Positions 11,516-24,141 of a stretch of 64,000 nucleotides of DNA are shown here, piece by piece. The stretch spans positions 303,552,001 to 303,616,000 of the forward strand of contig OZ024740.1 of the NCBI GenBank assembly GCA_964016885.1. The letters are read 5' to 3'. The position numbers were made by a program, and so were the translations under genes. The DNA comes from Eledone cirrhosa (Eukaryota). Under the pieces are notes generated by a model. The model had not been told where the DNA came from and made no database searches. It was given only the letters and a program-made list of their open reading frames with translations. Position 1 is the stretch's first letter. The number at the start of each line of letters is the position of its first letter.

Positions 11516-12052
11516 TTAGAGCAGCAATGTAGGTACAATATCTCTGACTTGTTCAGGCCCTCCCAACTGGGTGAAATTGATACAGTTGATATTCAATTTA
11601 ATCATCTGCAGGCGAAACCTGTTTGCATTACATGTATAGTTATTAGATAGACTTTTGGCTCTTCTCATTTGTAGTGTCTTCTACTTTAGTTCAACCACAG
11701 CTTTATGAGTGAAAACTATGTTGAGACTTATTGTATTAGAGCTGTGCTCGCTCAATTTGGCAAAGTAGCAGCTCTACCTGGTGCGACTCTTTGATTTCTG
11801 AGCTACACACTCTGTCAAGTAATGTTACTCCAAAGACCCTTGGGAGGAACCCCCATTTCAGCCGCTTGTATTCGCAATCATATTCTTTCGGTCATTACCC
11901 AAAATTCATGACCAATTATTTTCTGTTTTAATGTTTTTAAGCCCGGTCAGGAAACCATTCCAAAAGTCTCTAGGTTCCTTTATCTCTGTTTAAATCTTAT
12001 TTCATTCAATTAATTAGGAGTGCTAATAGTTCTTTTTCTTTGCTCATTTCAG

Positions 12053-12076
12053 GTACAGAAGAAGTTCAAGAAATGA
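12053..12076 (+). CDS. PPP1R21: PPP1R21 terminal coding exon (VQKKFKK*)
   Basis: Strong polypyrimidine tract, tttcag| acceptor, phase 0, short basic tail then TGA, similar to the basic C-terminus of homologues. Confidence 0.75.
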   Translation, partial: VQKKFKK

Positions 12077-12275
12077 CCAACCATCATACATGCTGCTATG
12101 TGTATTTATGTATGTGTGTGAGAGTGTCTGCCCCAATGGACACAGTGTCAGGCTATTGTGTCTTCATGAGCTAGGACTTTCAAATTGTCACAAACAGTGT
12201 TTTGTAACCATGGACATCTCACTCAAATATATGTCAATCTGGAGAAAGGTATGAGCACTGATAGGCAATGTGTAA

Positions 12276-12559
12276 TTGTGTGCGTGTGTGTACATATATA
12301 TATATATATGTGTGCGTGTGTATGTGTATATATATATATATATTATTATTATATATATATATATATATTATTTGTCGAACGCTTCATATATATATATATA
12401 TATGTATGTGTATATATATATACACATATATATATACATACATACATATATATGTATGTGTATATATATATACACATATACATATATATATGTATGTGCA
12501 GATATATATACACATATATATATCCATACATACATATATATATATACATACATATATAT

Positions 12560-12590
<31 letters not shown>

Positions 12591-12762
12591 CATACATATA
12601 TATATATATACATACATATATATATATATACATACATATATATATATATACATACATATATATATACATACATACATATATTTATATACATACATATATA
12701 TATATACATACATACATATATATACATACATACATATATATATATACATACATATATATATA

Positions 12763-12816
<54 letters not shown>

Positions 12817-12845
12817 CATACATATATACATATATATATATATAC

Positions 12846-12916
<71 letters not shown>

Positions 12917-12950
12917 CATATATACATATATATATATACATATATATACA

Positions 12951-13003
<53 letters not shown>
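12276..13003. repeat. (TA)n/(TACA)n compound microsatellite
   Basis: Read directly. Interruptions are mostly C on the + strand. Confidence 0.98.
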
Positions 13004-13007
<4 letters not shown>

Positions 13008-13207
13008 AGCTATCGCCGTATTTTGACTAAAGAAATGAAAGAAATTATTTAGCCTGATAGTGGGGTTAAGAACCCTTGGAGAAATGGAAAAAGATGAGTA
13101 TTGACGTCAATACTCATCTTTTTCCATTTCTCCAAGGGTTCTTAACCCCACTATCAGGCTAAATAATTTCTTTCATTTCTTTAGTCAAAATACGGCGATA
13201 GCTTACA
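13004..13207. repeat. Perfect 204-bp spacerless palindrome
   Basis: 13004-13105 is the exact reverse complement of 13106-13207. Axis is ttgac|gtcaa. Confidence 0.95.
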
Positions 13208-13265
13208 CATATAATAATTTCAAACCCGCCCGCTGTTTCGAAAATATTCTTACTATATATATATG

Positions 13266-13308
<43 letters not shown>

Positions 13309-13499
13309 ATTCGGTCGCAGGGTGGTCTTGAAGAGAGGTAGTAGGTAAACAACATCTGATAATATACTGTAGAGATGAGCCTGTCTTTTCATGCTGGCAT
13401 TGGTTGTGTGGGCAGACTAAATACCTCTATAGTTTCCTCTGTCTAGTATATCTCCTTTACCCTTCGATGATGCTGTTACTACACCAGTCATTGAGTATG

Positions 13500-13704
13500 G
13501 CACTATCCTGAATTATCCTGTTTATAATATGTGTGGCTAACTTGTGCCCCACCCCCACAAAATGCAGCTATCCCTGAAGGTCCAGCTGCTTTGTCCATCT
13601 TTATATCCTTAATTGCCTTACTTATAATACTACTGCAACCTTGGATGGCTGATCCATCTGTTGGGTCTATTTTGGGCAGCCCATCTTCCTCCTATTCATT
13701 CTCC
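13500..13704 (-). mobile_element. RTE LINE fragment cut by the gap
   Basis: Minus strand encodes ...DPTDGSAI...KAIKDIKMDKAAGPSGIAA..., homologous to the RTE EN-RT linker. Confidence 0.8.
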
Positions 13705-13904
13705 NNNNNNNNNNNNNNNNNNNNNNNNNNNNNNNNNNNNNNNNNNNNNNNNNNNNNNNNNNNNNNNNNNNNNNNNNNNNNNNNNNNNNNNNNNNNNNNN
13801 NNNNNNNNNNNNNNNNNNNNNNNNNNNNNNNNNNNNNNNNNNNNNNNNNNNNNNNNNNNNNNNNNNNNNNNNNNNNNNNNNNNNNNNNNNNNNNNNNNNN
13901 NNNN
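13705..13904. other. Assembly gap (200 N)
   Basis: Run of N of round length, i.e. a scaffolding join of unknown true size. Confidence 0.99.
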
Positions 13905-16130
13905 TTTCCAAAAGATGTTATATTTAATGTTTTTGTCTTTTAAGGACCATATGAGTTCTGAGAGAGCAGTGTTAGTTCTTTTAAGTTTGTATTTGAAAGA
14001 TGAGTGATGATTATAGAGACGAGCTTTAAAAGAGGTGGAAGTGGAGCCAAAATAGGTGAAGGAATTGGTGCTAGTTATAATTTTACATTCATAAATTAAG
14101 TTTTTATCGAGGCAATGGTTGTTGAGAGGACATTTATTTTTAATGCGGCAGTTGCAATTAGAGAGATTATTAATGAGTGATCTAGTGTTATCTATAGAAG
14201 GAATTGGATTGGAGAAGTTGTTTGCGATAGGAATAATAGGAATAATAGTTTCTTGATTTAGAGTTGGATTATGAACATTTAGTGAAGTTGTGTTTGACGT
14301 TGCATTTGGGTTTACAGAAGTTAGCCTAGGGTTTATAATGACGTCAGGAGTACTATTACTGTTATTATGAAATTCAATATTGGAAGGAAGAGATTTAGTA
14401 TTTAATATTTTGTTGTTGTGTTTAGAGATGATGTTGGAAATATTGGAGGATGTAGAATACGAAAATTTGATGGTGTGTTTGTTAAATATTTTACTATAGA
14501 TATGTGAGGGAGGGAAGCATTTATTTAAGGCACTAAAAAATAATTTAGGAATATTGTTATTAATAGAGATGGAGAAAGGAGCATTATACCAGATTATGTT
14601 TTTGTATCTAGGTCTTTTATTAAAATTATTGGAATGGTTATGATTAAATATTCTACTGTAAGTTTTCCTAGAATTTGTTTCATTATTATATTTGATTTTA
14701 TCTGGATAGCCGGCTTTAGAAAGTGCGTTATTATAGTAATTGGCGTTAGCATCAAAGATGTTTTTATTAGAAGATATGTTAGATATTCTATTTCCAATAT
14801 TATTAACTATAGCATTCTTGATATTGGTAGGATGGTTAGATTTAAAGTTAACATAATTAAGATTCTCATTGTTTTTATGGTAAGGGTAATATAGGCCAGT
14901 GTCAAGATTAAGAGATACATCCAAGAAATTAGCTAGTTTTATACTATTATCAAATTCAATTTTTAGGTTATGTTGGTTAAAGAGATTACGTATATTGTTC
15001 TTAATAATATTAAGTTTAACTATATTGCAATTTAGGATAGTAAAGAGTCCATCGTCACGATAAATTCCACCGCGAAGTTGAGGAATTTTCCGACTCAAAG
15101 AGTTCAAAATGAAGATACCAATTAAATCAGTCAATTGGGATGAATCGGATGCTCCCATTGTGATGTCGAAGTTGTTAGAGGTATCGGCTCTGGTCCAATA
15201 TTCGTTGTTGAACTCTAGGATGGTTTTACGTGCGGTGAGGATGATGTGAAGTTCATCTGTGGTGATGTCAGAATATTTAAGTGCGAAAGATAGAGCATTA
15301 TTGAGAAGTGAAGGCGAAATGGAGGAATAGTAGCTGGCAATATCGAATTGAATAAATTTTAGTTTGTTTTTATTATCCAATTTGTTGAACCAGCCAATCA
15401 CTTCAGAAGTACCAAACCATAAATTTAGGTTTAAAGAAGAGCAATTAGAACTAACCTGTGGAATAATCCTATCCAAGATGGCTTTACTAACAACCCCCAG
15501 ATCAGATTTAGAGGGGGCGATTAATCTAACAGGTAGTTCAGTGCGAAAATTGTTTTTGTGATCCTTGAGATTTATCCTCGGAGTTCTTGGGAGGAATGGT
15601 TCGGTCTTTTTTTCAATGCCAAGTTTTGACATAATCTCATAGGCTTCAAGGTTTATGCATTCTAAATTTTCATGGTTGGTTTTACGATACTTTTTCCTAA
15701 GTTCCTTTAGGATAAGGTTGTTATAATTATCCTTGGAAATACCATATAGGTTATTGGTTTTGTCAGAGTGGACTAAAACATTTTTTGAGGAATTTAGGTT
15801 AGAGATTGTGTTCTTGAGATTTACAAGGTGCTCTTGTCCTTTGTAAGGGTATCTCTTGAATTTAAGATTTTTTATAATTTTAGTTAATTCTTCCTCGAAT
15901 TGTGCTAGATTTTTGTTGGAAGGAGGATTTCGTCTAGAATTAAAAAGATGATCGAGGAAGTTGTGTTCTTTGGTATGAAAGTTCCCTTTTAGGCGCTGGT
16001 CATAGAAATAGACTGTCCATCTAAGTCTTCTTACGAAGGAGTCAGTTTTTTCAATAAGAAGTTTGGTGAATTCAGATTTACCAGGTATAGGAATGTCTTT
16101 AGTTGAATTGGTTATGTTGTAATAATCCAT
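13905..16130 (-). CDS. Penelope-like element RT + GIY-YIG endonuclease ORF (Naiad-type), 3' end lost in the gap
   Basis: Uninterrupted ORF from MDYYNITNSTKDIPIP. RT motifs FDIASYYSSI, MGASDS and YRDDGL; CxCx5Cx5C linker (CNCRIKNKCPLNNHC); LIY...TYFGST...FKARLYNH GIY-YIG. Confidence 0.9.
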
Positions 16131-16336
16131 GTTGTAGAAGAAGAGGTGAAGGACCATCAAAAGGTATCCAATATGAGAGTAAGCGCTCAACCGTTAAGGA
16201 GCAAGTTAATGTAGAAGGTGAGTTTTATTGTAGTACAATAAAGCAATGCAGATATCGGATAAGAAGCACTCTACAGTTTGTGGGACTGGAGTATGCATAA
16301 TATAAGATCAAAAGATGGTTAAAGGAGTTCCATATA

Positions 16337-16403
16337 TTTTATTATGCGCATTTCAAAAACAAATATCATGAAACAATAATATTTGCGTTTTCATCAGATA
16401 AAA
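16337..16403 (-). ncRNA. Minimal type I hammerhead ribozyme in the PLE pLTR
   Basis: Minus strand: TTTTAT-CTGATGA-AAACGCAAATAT...ATATTTGTTTTT-GAAA-TGCGCA-TA-ATAAAA. Stem I, full core, stem II, palindromic stem III and UH site are all present. Confidence 0.85.
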
Positions 16404-16536
16404 CAGGAGAACATGATATGAAGGCTAAAAAACACTTGTTGATAGTGCAGTTTTAAATCAACATATGAAAAGTGGTTTTAGATTGATGTGTGATATTGGG
16501 AAAAATATTTTATTTAGAGAGGGGGGGGAAAAGATG

Positions 16537-16610
<74 letters not shown>

Positions 16611-16707
16611 TGTATATATATGTATATATATATATATATATGTATATATATGTATATATATATGTATATATATGTATATATATATGTATATATATGTATA
16701 TATATAT

Positions 16708-19700
16708 AAATGCGAGCACTCCTCATTGTTTCGACCGCGGACGGCTAACATAACCCCATCGCCCCCCGCCCCTCACCGCCCCCAACCCCCAAACGCAATC
16801 CAAAACTTCAGAGTTGGTACCATAAATGTAGGCACCCTAAAGGGTCGCGCTAACGAGGTTGTAGAAATGCTTGAACGTAAGGAGGTCGATGTTTGTTGTA
16901 TTCAAGAGACCAGGTGGAGGGGTGGGTCTGCTAGGTTCATTGAGGGTAAAAAACGATGTTATAAGCTTTTCTGGGTGGGAAACGACGATGGGCTGGGTGG
17001 AGTAGGAATCATGGTAGCAGAAAAGTGGGCAGATAAGATAATAGACGTAAATAGAGTGAACGACAGAATAATTAAAATACGACTTGTCCTCAATAGAACT
17101 ACGGTGACAGTAATATCTGCGTACGCACCCCAATCCGGACTGCCCGGCACTATAAAAGACAGATTCTATGAGACACTGATGCTAACTACCTCCCAAATAT
17201 CCGACAGTGACTATATAATTATCGCAGGCGACCTAAATGGTCACGTTGGACAACATTGTGACGGCTACGACGAAATCCATGGAGGCTATGGGTTTGGTAC
17301 TAGAAATGAGGAAGGCTCCAGAATCCTGGAATTCTGTGATGCAAATAACCTAACTATCTGTAACACTAACTTCAAAAAACGTGACAATCACCTGATCACC
17401 TATAGATCCGGGGAACACACAAGCCAGGTAGATTATATCCTTACCAGAAGACGTGACAGAGTGTCTGTTGTTAACACTAAATCCCTCCCCCATGAAGAAT
17501 GCACCTCCCAACATAGACTGATAATTAGCGACCTCATAGTCAGGACGAGACGTACTCGACAACAGAAGAGGACTATCCTCAGGAGGAAAATATGGAAGCT
17601 AAAGGACCCCACAGCCAGGAATAAATTTCAAAGCATATTACTTGATGCTTTCGACAGTAAGGAAGAACATTTAGAGTCGGACAATATAGAGGGAGAGTGG
17701 GAATTTCTGAAAGCAAACCTGCTGTTGGCGACAGACGAGGTCTGTGGCTGGAGCAGGCCTGTAGGCAGGAGGAGAGTAACATGGTGGTGGAACAGTAAGG
17801 TGGAGGGGTCAATTAAGGCCAAAAAGCAGGCTTGGAAAGTATGGCGGGATGGGGGAAGTAGAGAGGACTATCAAGTGGCCAGGAGGGAAGCTAGGAGACA
17901 AGTGTACTTAGCAAGAAGGGAAGCTGAGGAAAGAAAGTTCAAGCATGTTCTACAACGCGATGACCAAAAACGTGAGGTGTTCAGGATTGCTAGGCAATGC
18001 GTCAAGGAAAACCGTGATATTGTCGGGGAGAAGTGTGTACTAAACGACGATGGCACACTTGCCATCACCGACGCTGATAAGAAGGTAGCTTGGAAGTGTC
18101 ACTATGAAAGGCTTCTAAATGAGGAGAATAATTGGGAGAAAGGCAGTCTCCCCCATATCGACCCAATAGAGGGACCAGCAGTGTTAGTCGAGGGGAGTAT
18201 AATAAGTAAGGCAATCAAGGATATGAAGACTGGTAAGGCGGCTGGGCCTTCGGAAATAGTTGCTGAGATGCTGAAGGCATCTGGCACGGTGGGACACACC
18301 ATGGTCACCCGCATAGTTAACCAAGTCGTACAGAATGGGGTTGTTCCGAAGGACTGGCATAGCAGCATCATCGTTAACTGTTATAAGGGTAAAGGAGATG
18401 CCCTAGATAGGAGTAACTATAGAGGCATTAAATTAATCGACCAGGTCATGAAGGTCACGGAAAGAGTAATAGCGCAACTAATCAGAGAGAGAATTGACCT
18501 AGATGAAATGCAGTTCGGGTTTGTGTCAGGCAAAAGTACCACAGACGCTCTTTTCATAGTACGACAACTACAGGAGAAGTACCTAGCTAAAGGTAAACCC
18601 CTCTACTTAGCTTTTGTCGACTTGGAGAAAGCCTTCGACAGAGTCCCCCGCTCCATTATCTGGTGGGCTCTTAGAAAACTAGGCGTTGACGAATGGCTTG
18701 TGAGGGCTATACAAGCCATGTATAAAGAAACAGTCAGCAAGGTTAGAATTAACAACGAATATAGTGAAGAGTTTAGCGTAAAAGTTGGCGTCCATCAGGG
18801 CTCTGTTCTCAGTCCACTACTATTTATTATTGCCCTTCAGGCTATAACAGAGGAGTTCAAGACAGGCTGCCCATGGGAACTCCTATACGCAGACGACCTG
18901 ACACTCATAGCGGAATCAATGGCCGAGCTAGAGAAGAAATTCCAAACATGGAAGCACGGCCTAGAGTCAAAAGGACTTAAAATTAACCTGGCTAAGACCA
19001 AAGTACTAGTTTGTAGGAAAGAAAACAAGGCGGCGGTCCCTTCTGGGAAATGGTCGTGCTCGGTGTGTAGGAAAGGCGTAGGTAGAAACTCCATTTTATG
19101 TCCTAAATGCAAAGTATGGGTGCATAAAAGATGTAGTGGGATCACAGGTAAGCTAACTAAGAACATAGATTTTACATGTGGCCGGTGCTCTGGTGCAATA
19201 AGTAGCAGCAAGTGCCCACAAACTACTAGCTCTTTCAATTGCGCAGAGGGTTCTATAGAAATAGTGGACAGCTTCCGTTACCTGGGCGATAAAATCAGCA
19301 GTGGGGGAGGGTGCTCTGAAAGTACTGTAGCTAGAGTCAGAACTGGTTGGAAAAAGTTCAGAGAGCTTATACCACTATTAGCTGCTAAAGGGTTCTCACT
19401 AAAAATGAAAGGCAGGTTGTACGATGCCTGCATACGAACAGCAATGCTGCATGGCAGTGAGACCTGGGCATTGTGTGCAGAGGATATACGCAGACTAGAG
19501 AGGAACGAAGCTTGCATGCTCCGCTGGATGTGTAACAGTAATATACGTGAACGGCAAAGCATAAACGAACTAAGGAAAAAATTAGAGATAAGAGGGATCA
19601 GATGTTGTTTACTCGAGAGAAGGCTACGTTGGTATGGACACGTGATGCGCATGAAAGTCGATAGCTGTATAACAAAGTGCAGGGCAATAAAGATAGACGG

Positions 19701-19842
19701 TAGTCACGGAATAGGCAGACCTAGAAAAACCTGGGACGAGCTGATAAACTCCGACATCACACACTTACACCTCTCCAAGACAATGTCACTGGACCGAGAC
19801 CTTTGGCGGTACTCAGTAACAGAGAAGACCCGCCTTACCTAA
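16708..19842 (+). CDS. RTE polyprotein: APE endonuclease + reverse transcriptase with inserted PHD finger
   Basis: [37 protein letters not shown] (EN); [29 protein letters not shown] at 18886 (RT); C4HC3 at 19057-19188. No stop codon over ~1040 codons. The true start is uncertain. Confidence 0.95.
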   Translation, partial: KCEHSSLFRPRTANITPSPPAPHRPQPPNAIQNFRVGTINVGTLKGRANEVVEMLERKEVDVCCIQETRWRGGSARFIEGKKRCYKLFWVGNDDGLGGVGIMVAEKWADKIIDVNRVNDRIIKIRLVLNRTTVTVISAYAPQSGLPGTIKDRFYETLMLTTSQISDSDYIIIAGDLNGHVGQHCDGYDEIHGGYGFGTRNEEGSRILEFCDANNLTICNTNFKKRDNHLITYRSGEHTSQVDYILTRRRDRVSVVNTKSLPHEECTSQHRLIISDLIVRTRRTRQQKRTILRRKIWKLKDPTARNKFQSILLDAFDSKEEHLESDNIEGEWEFLKANLLLATDEVCGWSRPVGRRRVTWWWNSKVEGSIKAKKQAWKVWRDGGSREDYQVARREARRQVYLARREAEERKFKHVLQRDDQKREVFRIARQCVKENRDIVGEKCVLNDDGTLAITDADKKVAWKCHYERLLNEENNWEKGSLPHIDPIEGPAVLVEGSIISKAIKDMKTGKAAGPSEIVAEMLKASGTVGHTMVTRIVNQVVQNGVVPKDWHSSIIVNCYKGKGDALDRSNYRGIKLIDQVMKVTERVIAQLIRERIDLDEMQFGFVSGKSTTDALFIVRQLQEKYLAKGKPLYLAFVDLEKAFDRVPRSIIWWALRKLGVDEWLVRAIQAMYKETVSKVRINNEYSEEFSVKVGVHQGSVLSPLLFIIALQAITEEFKTGCPWELLYADDLTLIAESMAELEKKFQTWKHGLESKGLKINLAKTKVLVCRKENKAAVPSGKWSCSVCRKGVGRNSILCPKCKVWVHKRCSGITGKLTKNIDFTCGRCSGAISSSKCPQTTSSFNCAEGSIEIVDSFRYLGDKISSGGGCSESTVARVRTGWKKFRELIPLLAAKGFSLKMKGRLYDACIRTAMLHGSETWALCAEDIRRLERNEACMLRWMCNSNIRERQSINELRKKLEIRGIRCCLLERRLRWYGHVMRMKVDSCITKCRAIKIDGSHGIGRPRKTWDELINSDITHLHLSKTMSLDRDLWRYSVTEKTRLT

Positions 19843-20235
19843 ATATATAGTAAAACCTACTCCAGCCAGTAGGCATCTCTAACAAAATACACCCCGTCCC
19901 ACCACCACCACCCGATCCACACCACCCCGTTCTATGTAAAGTTATGTTGGTGCCGCGCCATCGAGGCCGAAACAAATGAGATCGTGTAGGTGTCACGACA
20001 AAAAAACACACAGTCCACGCTGTAATGTGGCCGTGTAGGCAACACGGTAAAAACCTCCCAGACCCACACTGTAAATGTGGTTGGTGTTAGGAAGGGCATC
20101 CAACTGTAGAAAACCTGCCAGACAGTCCTATGCGAGCAAGACAATCACTCTTGCCTCAAGTGGGACTACCCCCGTCCAAACCCATGCAAGCGTGGAACAC
20201 GGACGTTAAACGTTGATGATGATGATGATGATGAT
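16708..20235 (+). mobile_element. Near full-length RTE LINE, family 1 (copy A)
   Basis: EN-RT ORF, ~370-bp 3'UTR, (GAT)n tail. Flanked by (TA)n on both sides. Confidence 0.97.
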
Positions 20236-20246
20236 ATATATATGTG

Positions 20247-20277
<31 letters not shown>

Positions 20278-20418
20278 GTATATATATATATATATGTGTA
20301 TATATATATATATATGTGTATATATATATATATATGTATATATATGTATGTATATATATATGTGTATATATATATATATGTATATATATGTATATATATG
20401 TATATATATGTATATATG

Positions 20419-20449
<31 letters not shown>

Positions 20450-20520
20450 GTATATATATATATGTATATATATGTATATATGTATATATATGTATATATA
20501 TATATGTATATATATATATG

Positions 20521-20552
<32 letters not shown>

Positions 20553-20572
20553 TGTATGTATATATATATATG

Positions 20573-20619
<47 letters not shown>

Positions 20620-21073
20620 TATATATATATATGTATGTATATATATATGTATATATATATATGTATATATATATATGTATATATATATATGTATATATAT
20701 ATATGTATATATATATATGTATATATATATATGTATATATATATATGTATATATATATATGTATATATATATATGTATATATATATATGTATATATAATA
20801 TATATGTATATATATATATGTATATATATATATGTATATATATATATGTATATATGTATATATATATATGTATATATATATATGTATATATATATATGTA
20901 TATATATATATGTATATATATATATGTATATATATATGTATATATATATGTATATATATATATGTGTATATATATATGTATATATATATGTATATATATA
21001 TGTATATGTATATATGTATATGTATATATGTATATGTATATATGTATATGTATATATGTATATGTATATATGT

Positions 21074-21106
<33 letters not shown>

Positions 21107-21234
21107 TATATGTATATGTATATATATATGTATATATATATGTATATATATATGTATATATATATATGTATATATATATATGTATATATGTATATATATA
21201 TATGTGTATATATATATGTGTATATATATATGTG

Positions 21235-21281
<47 letters not shown>

Positions 21282-21546
21282 GTATATGTATATATATATA
21301 TGTATATATATATATGTATATATATATATGTATATATGTATATATATGTATATATATATATGTATATATATATATGTATATATATGTATATATATATGTA
21401 TATATATATATATGTATGTATATATATATATGTATATATATATGTATGTATGTATATATATATATATGTATATATATATGTATATATGTATGTATATATG
21501 TATATATATATATATGTATATATATATGTATGTATATATATATATG

Positions 21547-21575
<29 letters not shown>
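20236..21575. repeat. (TA)nTG compound microsatellite, spacer of the inverted RTE pair
   Basis: Read directly. Confidence 0.98.
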
Positions 21576-21577
<2 letters not shown>

Positions 21578-22789
21578 CATCATCATCATCATCATCATCA
21601 ACGTTTAACGTCCGTGTTCCACGCTTGCATGGGTTTGGACGGGGGTAGTCCCACTTGAGGCAAGAGTGATTGTCTTGCTCGCATAGGACTGTCTGGCAGG
21701 TTTTCTACAGTTGGATGCCCTTCCTAACACCAACCACATTTACAGTGTGGGTCTGGGAGGTTTTTACCGTGTTGCCTACACGGCCACATTACAGCGTGGA
21801 CTGTGTGTTTTTTTGTCGTGACACCTACACGATCTCATTTGTTTCGGCCTGGATGGCGCGGCACCAACATAACTTTACATAGAACGGGGTGGTGTGGATC
21901 GGGTGGGGGTGGTGGTGGTGGGACGGGGTGTATTTTGTTAGAGATGCCTACTGGCTGGAGTAGGTTTTACTATATATTTAGGTAAGGCGGGTCTTCTCTG
22001 TTACTGAGTACCGCCAAAGGTCTCGGTCCAGTGACATTGTCTTGGAGAGGTGTAAGTGTGTGATGTCGGAGTTTATCAGCTCGTCTCAGGTTTTTCTAGG
22101 TCTGCCTATTCCGTGACTACCGTCTATCTTTATTGCCCTGCACTTTGTTATACAGCTATCGACTTTCATGCGCATCACGTGTCCATACCAACGTAGCCTT
22201 CTCTCGAGTAAACAACATCTGATCCCTCTTATCTCTAATTTTTTCCTTAGTTCGTTTATGCTTTGCCGTTCACGTATATTACTGTTACACATCCAGCGGA
22301 GCATGCAAGCTTCGTTCCTCTCTAGTCTGCGTATATCCTCTGCACACAATGCCCAGGTCTCACTGCCATGCAGCATTGCTGTTCGTATGCAGGCATCGTA
22401 CAACCTGCCTTTCATTTTTAGTGAGAACCCTTTAGCAGCTAATAGTGGTATAAGCTCTCTGAACTTTTTCCAACCAGTTCTGACTCTAGCTACAGTACTT
22501 TCAGAGCACCCTCCCCCACTGCTGATTTTATCGCCCAGGTAACGGAAGCTGTCCACTATTTCTATAGAACCCTCTGCGCAATTGAAAGAGCTAGTAGTTT
22601 GTGGGCACTTGCTGCTACTTATTGCACCAGAGCACCGGCCACATGTAAAATCTATGTTCTTAGTTAGCTTACCTGTGATCCCACTACATCTTTTATGCAC
22701 CCATACTTTGCATTTAGGACATAAAATGGAGTTTCTACCTACGCCTTTCCTACACACCGAGCACGACCATTTCCCAGAAGGGACCGCCG
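21576..22789 (-). mobile_element. 5'-truncated RTE family 1 (copy B), mirror of 19031-20235
   Basis: Shares copy-A-specific residues KWSC, MKVD and GIGRP; W-to-TGA at 22086; (ATC)n tail at 21576. Confidence 0.97.

Positions 22790-24141
<1,352 letters not shown>

Larger units (their letters stand above)
13905..16534 (-). mobile_element. Penelope-like retroelement including 5' pLTR region
   Basis: The ORF above plus an upstream hammerhead motif. The 5' end abuts a (TA)n tract. Confidence 0.85.

Noticed and set aside
13053-13086. Hammerhead-like CTGATAG...GGGTT-AAG-AACCC...GAAA in the palindrome arm
   Set aside because: The core is not CUGANGA, and no stem I/III or cleavage triplet can be formed.
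13531-14007. ORFs spanning the N run
   Set aside because: Artefacts of translating the gap. The two sides belong to different elements.
13905-16130. Selenocysteine recoding in the Naiad-type ORF
   Set aside because: No in-frame TGA in the visible ORF. It cannot be excluded for the part in the gap.
16465-16707. N-terminal extension of the 1125-aa RTE ORF
   Set aside because: It runs through the antisense Penelope end and a TA tract. RTE homology starts at about 16708. The same applies to the 718-aa (22086-24242) and 629-aa (36340-38229) fusions.
19031-22789. Twin-priming explanation for the inverted RTE pair
   Set aside because: Both arms carry the 3'UTR and tail and overlap in sequence. 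Twin priming gives non-overlapping 5' inversions.
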